Of a stretch of 64,000 nucleotides of DNA, positions 63,901 through 64,000 are shown piece by piece. The DNA is taken from the NCBI GenBank assembly GCA_002633005.1, contig NMRA01000154.1, positions 750,948-814,947 of the forward strand, given 5' to 3'. This stretch comes from Phoronis australis (Eukaryota; Animalia; Phoronida). The translations under genes and the position numbers were made by a program. The notes beneath the pieces are model-generated. The model was not told the origin of the DNA. It searched no databases and saw nothing but the letters and a program-made list of their open reading frames with translations. Within the stretch, counting starts at the first letter, position 1, and every line of letters starts with the position of its first letter.

Positions 63901-64000
63901 TATTGTTTTAAACTTACTAGCATTGTTCCTTCCGGTGGGAATGTTTAAAATAGTAACTATCCCTTGTATCTGCTCTGTGTGCGATGCAAGCAGTGGGTAC

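Overview
AT-rich, intron-dominated eukaryotic DNA. The repeat types and gene look like a marine invertebrate, probably a lophotrochozoan (inference only). One + strand gene dominates: a Na+/Ca2+ exchanger (NCX/SLC8 family) whose exons I assembled by hand with consistent GT-AG phases: 23791-24546, 38846-38955, 40393-40425, 47964-48059, 54983-55116, 56031-56130, 56558-56582, 57162-57341, then EITHER 59459-59621 OR 59894-60056. That is about 532 codons (first TM bundle with alpha-1 repeat, cytosolic linker, first Calx-beta domain CBD1), and the gene continues past the window. The main finding is a pair of duplicated 163-nt mutually exclusive exons that swap the Ca2+-ligand half of CBD1, whereas vertebrate NCX A/B exons lie in CBD2. 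They are separated by a 272-nt intron that can fold into hairpins plus a loop-to-downstream pairing next to a candidate exon-B branch point. The linker is built from microexons. The rest is decayed retroelements (an RNase H non-LTR remnant, a Penelope-like remnant with an inverted tail), MITE-like repeats, minisatellites and three duplications at single Ns that are probably haplotype/assembly artefacts. I saw no rRNA, intact tRNA or CRISPR.
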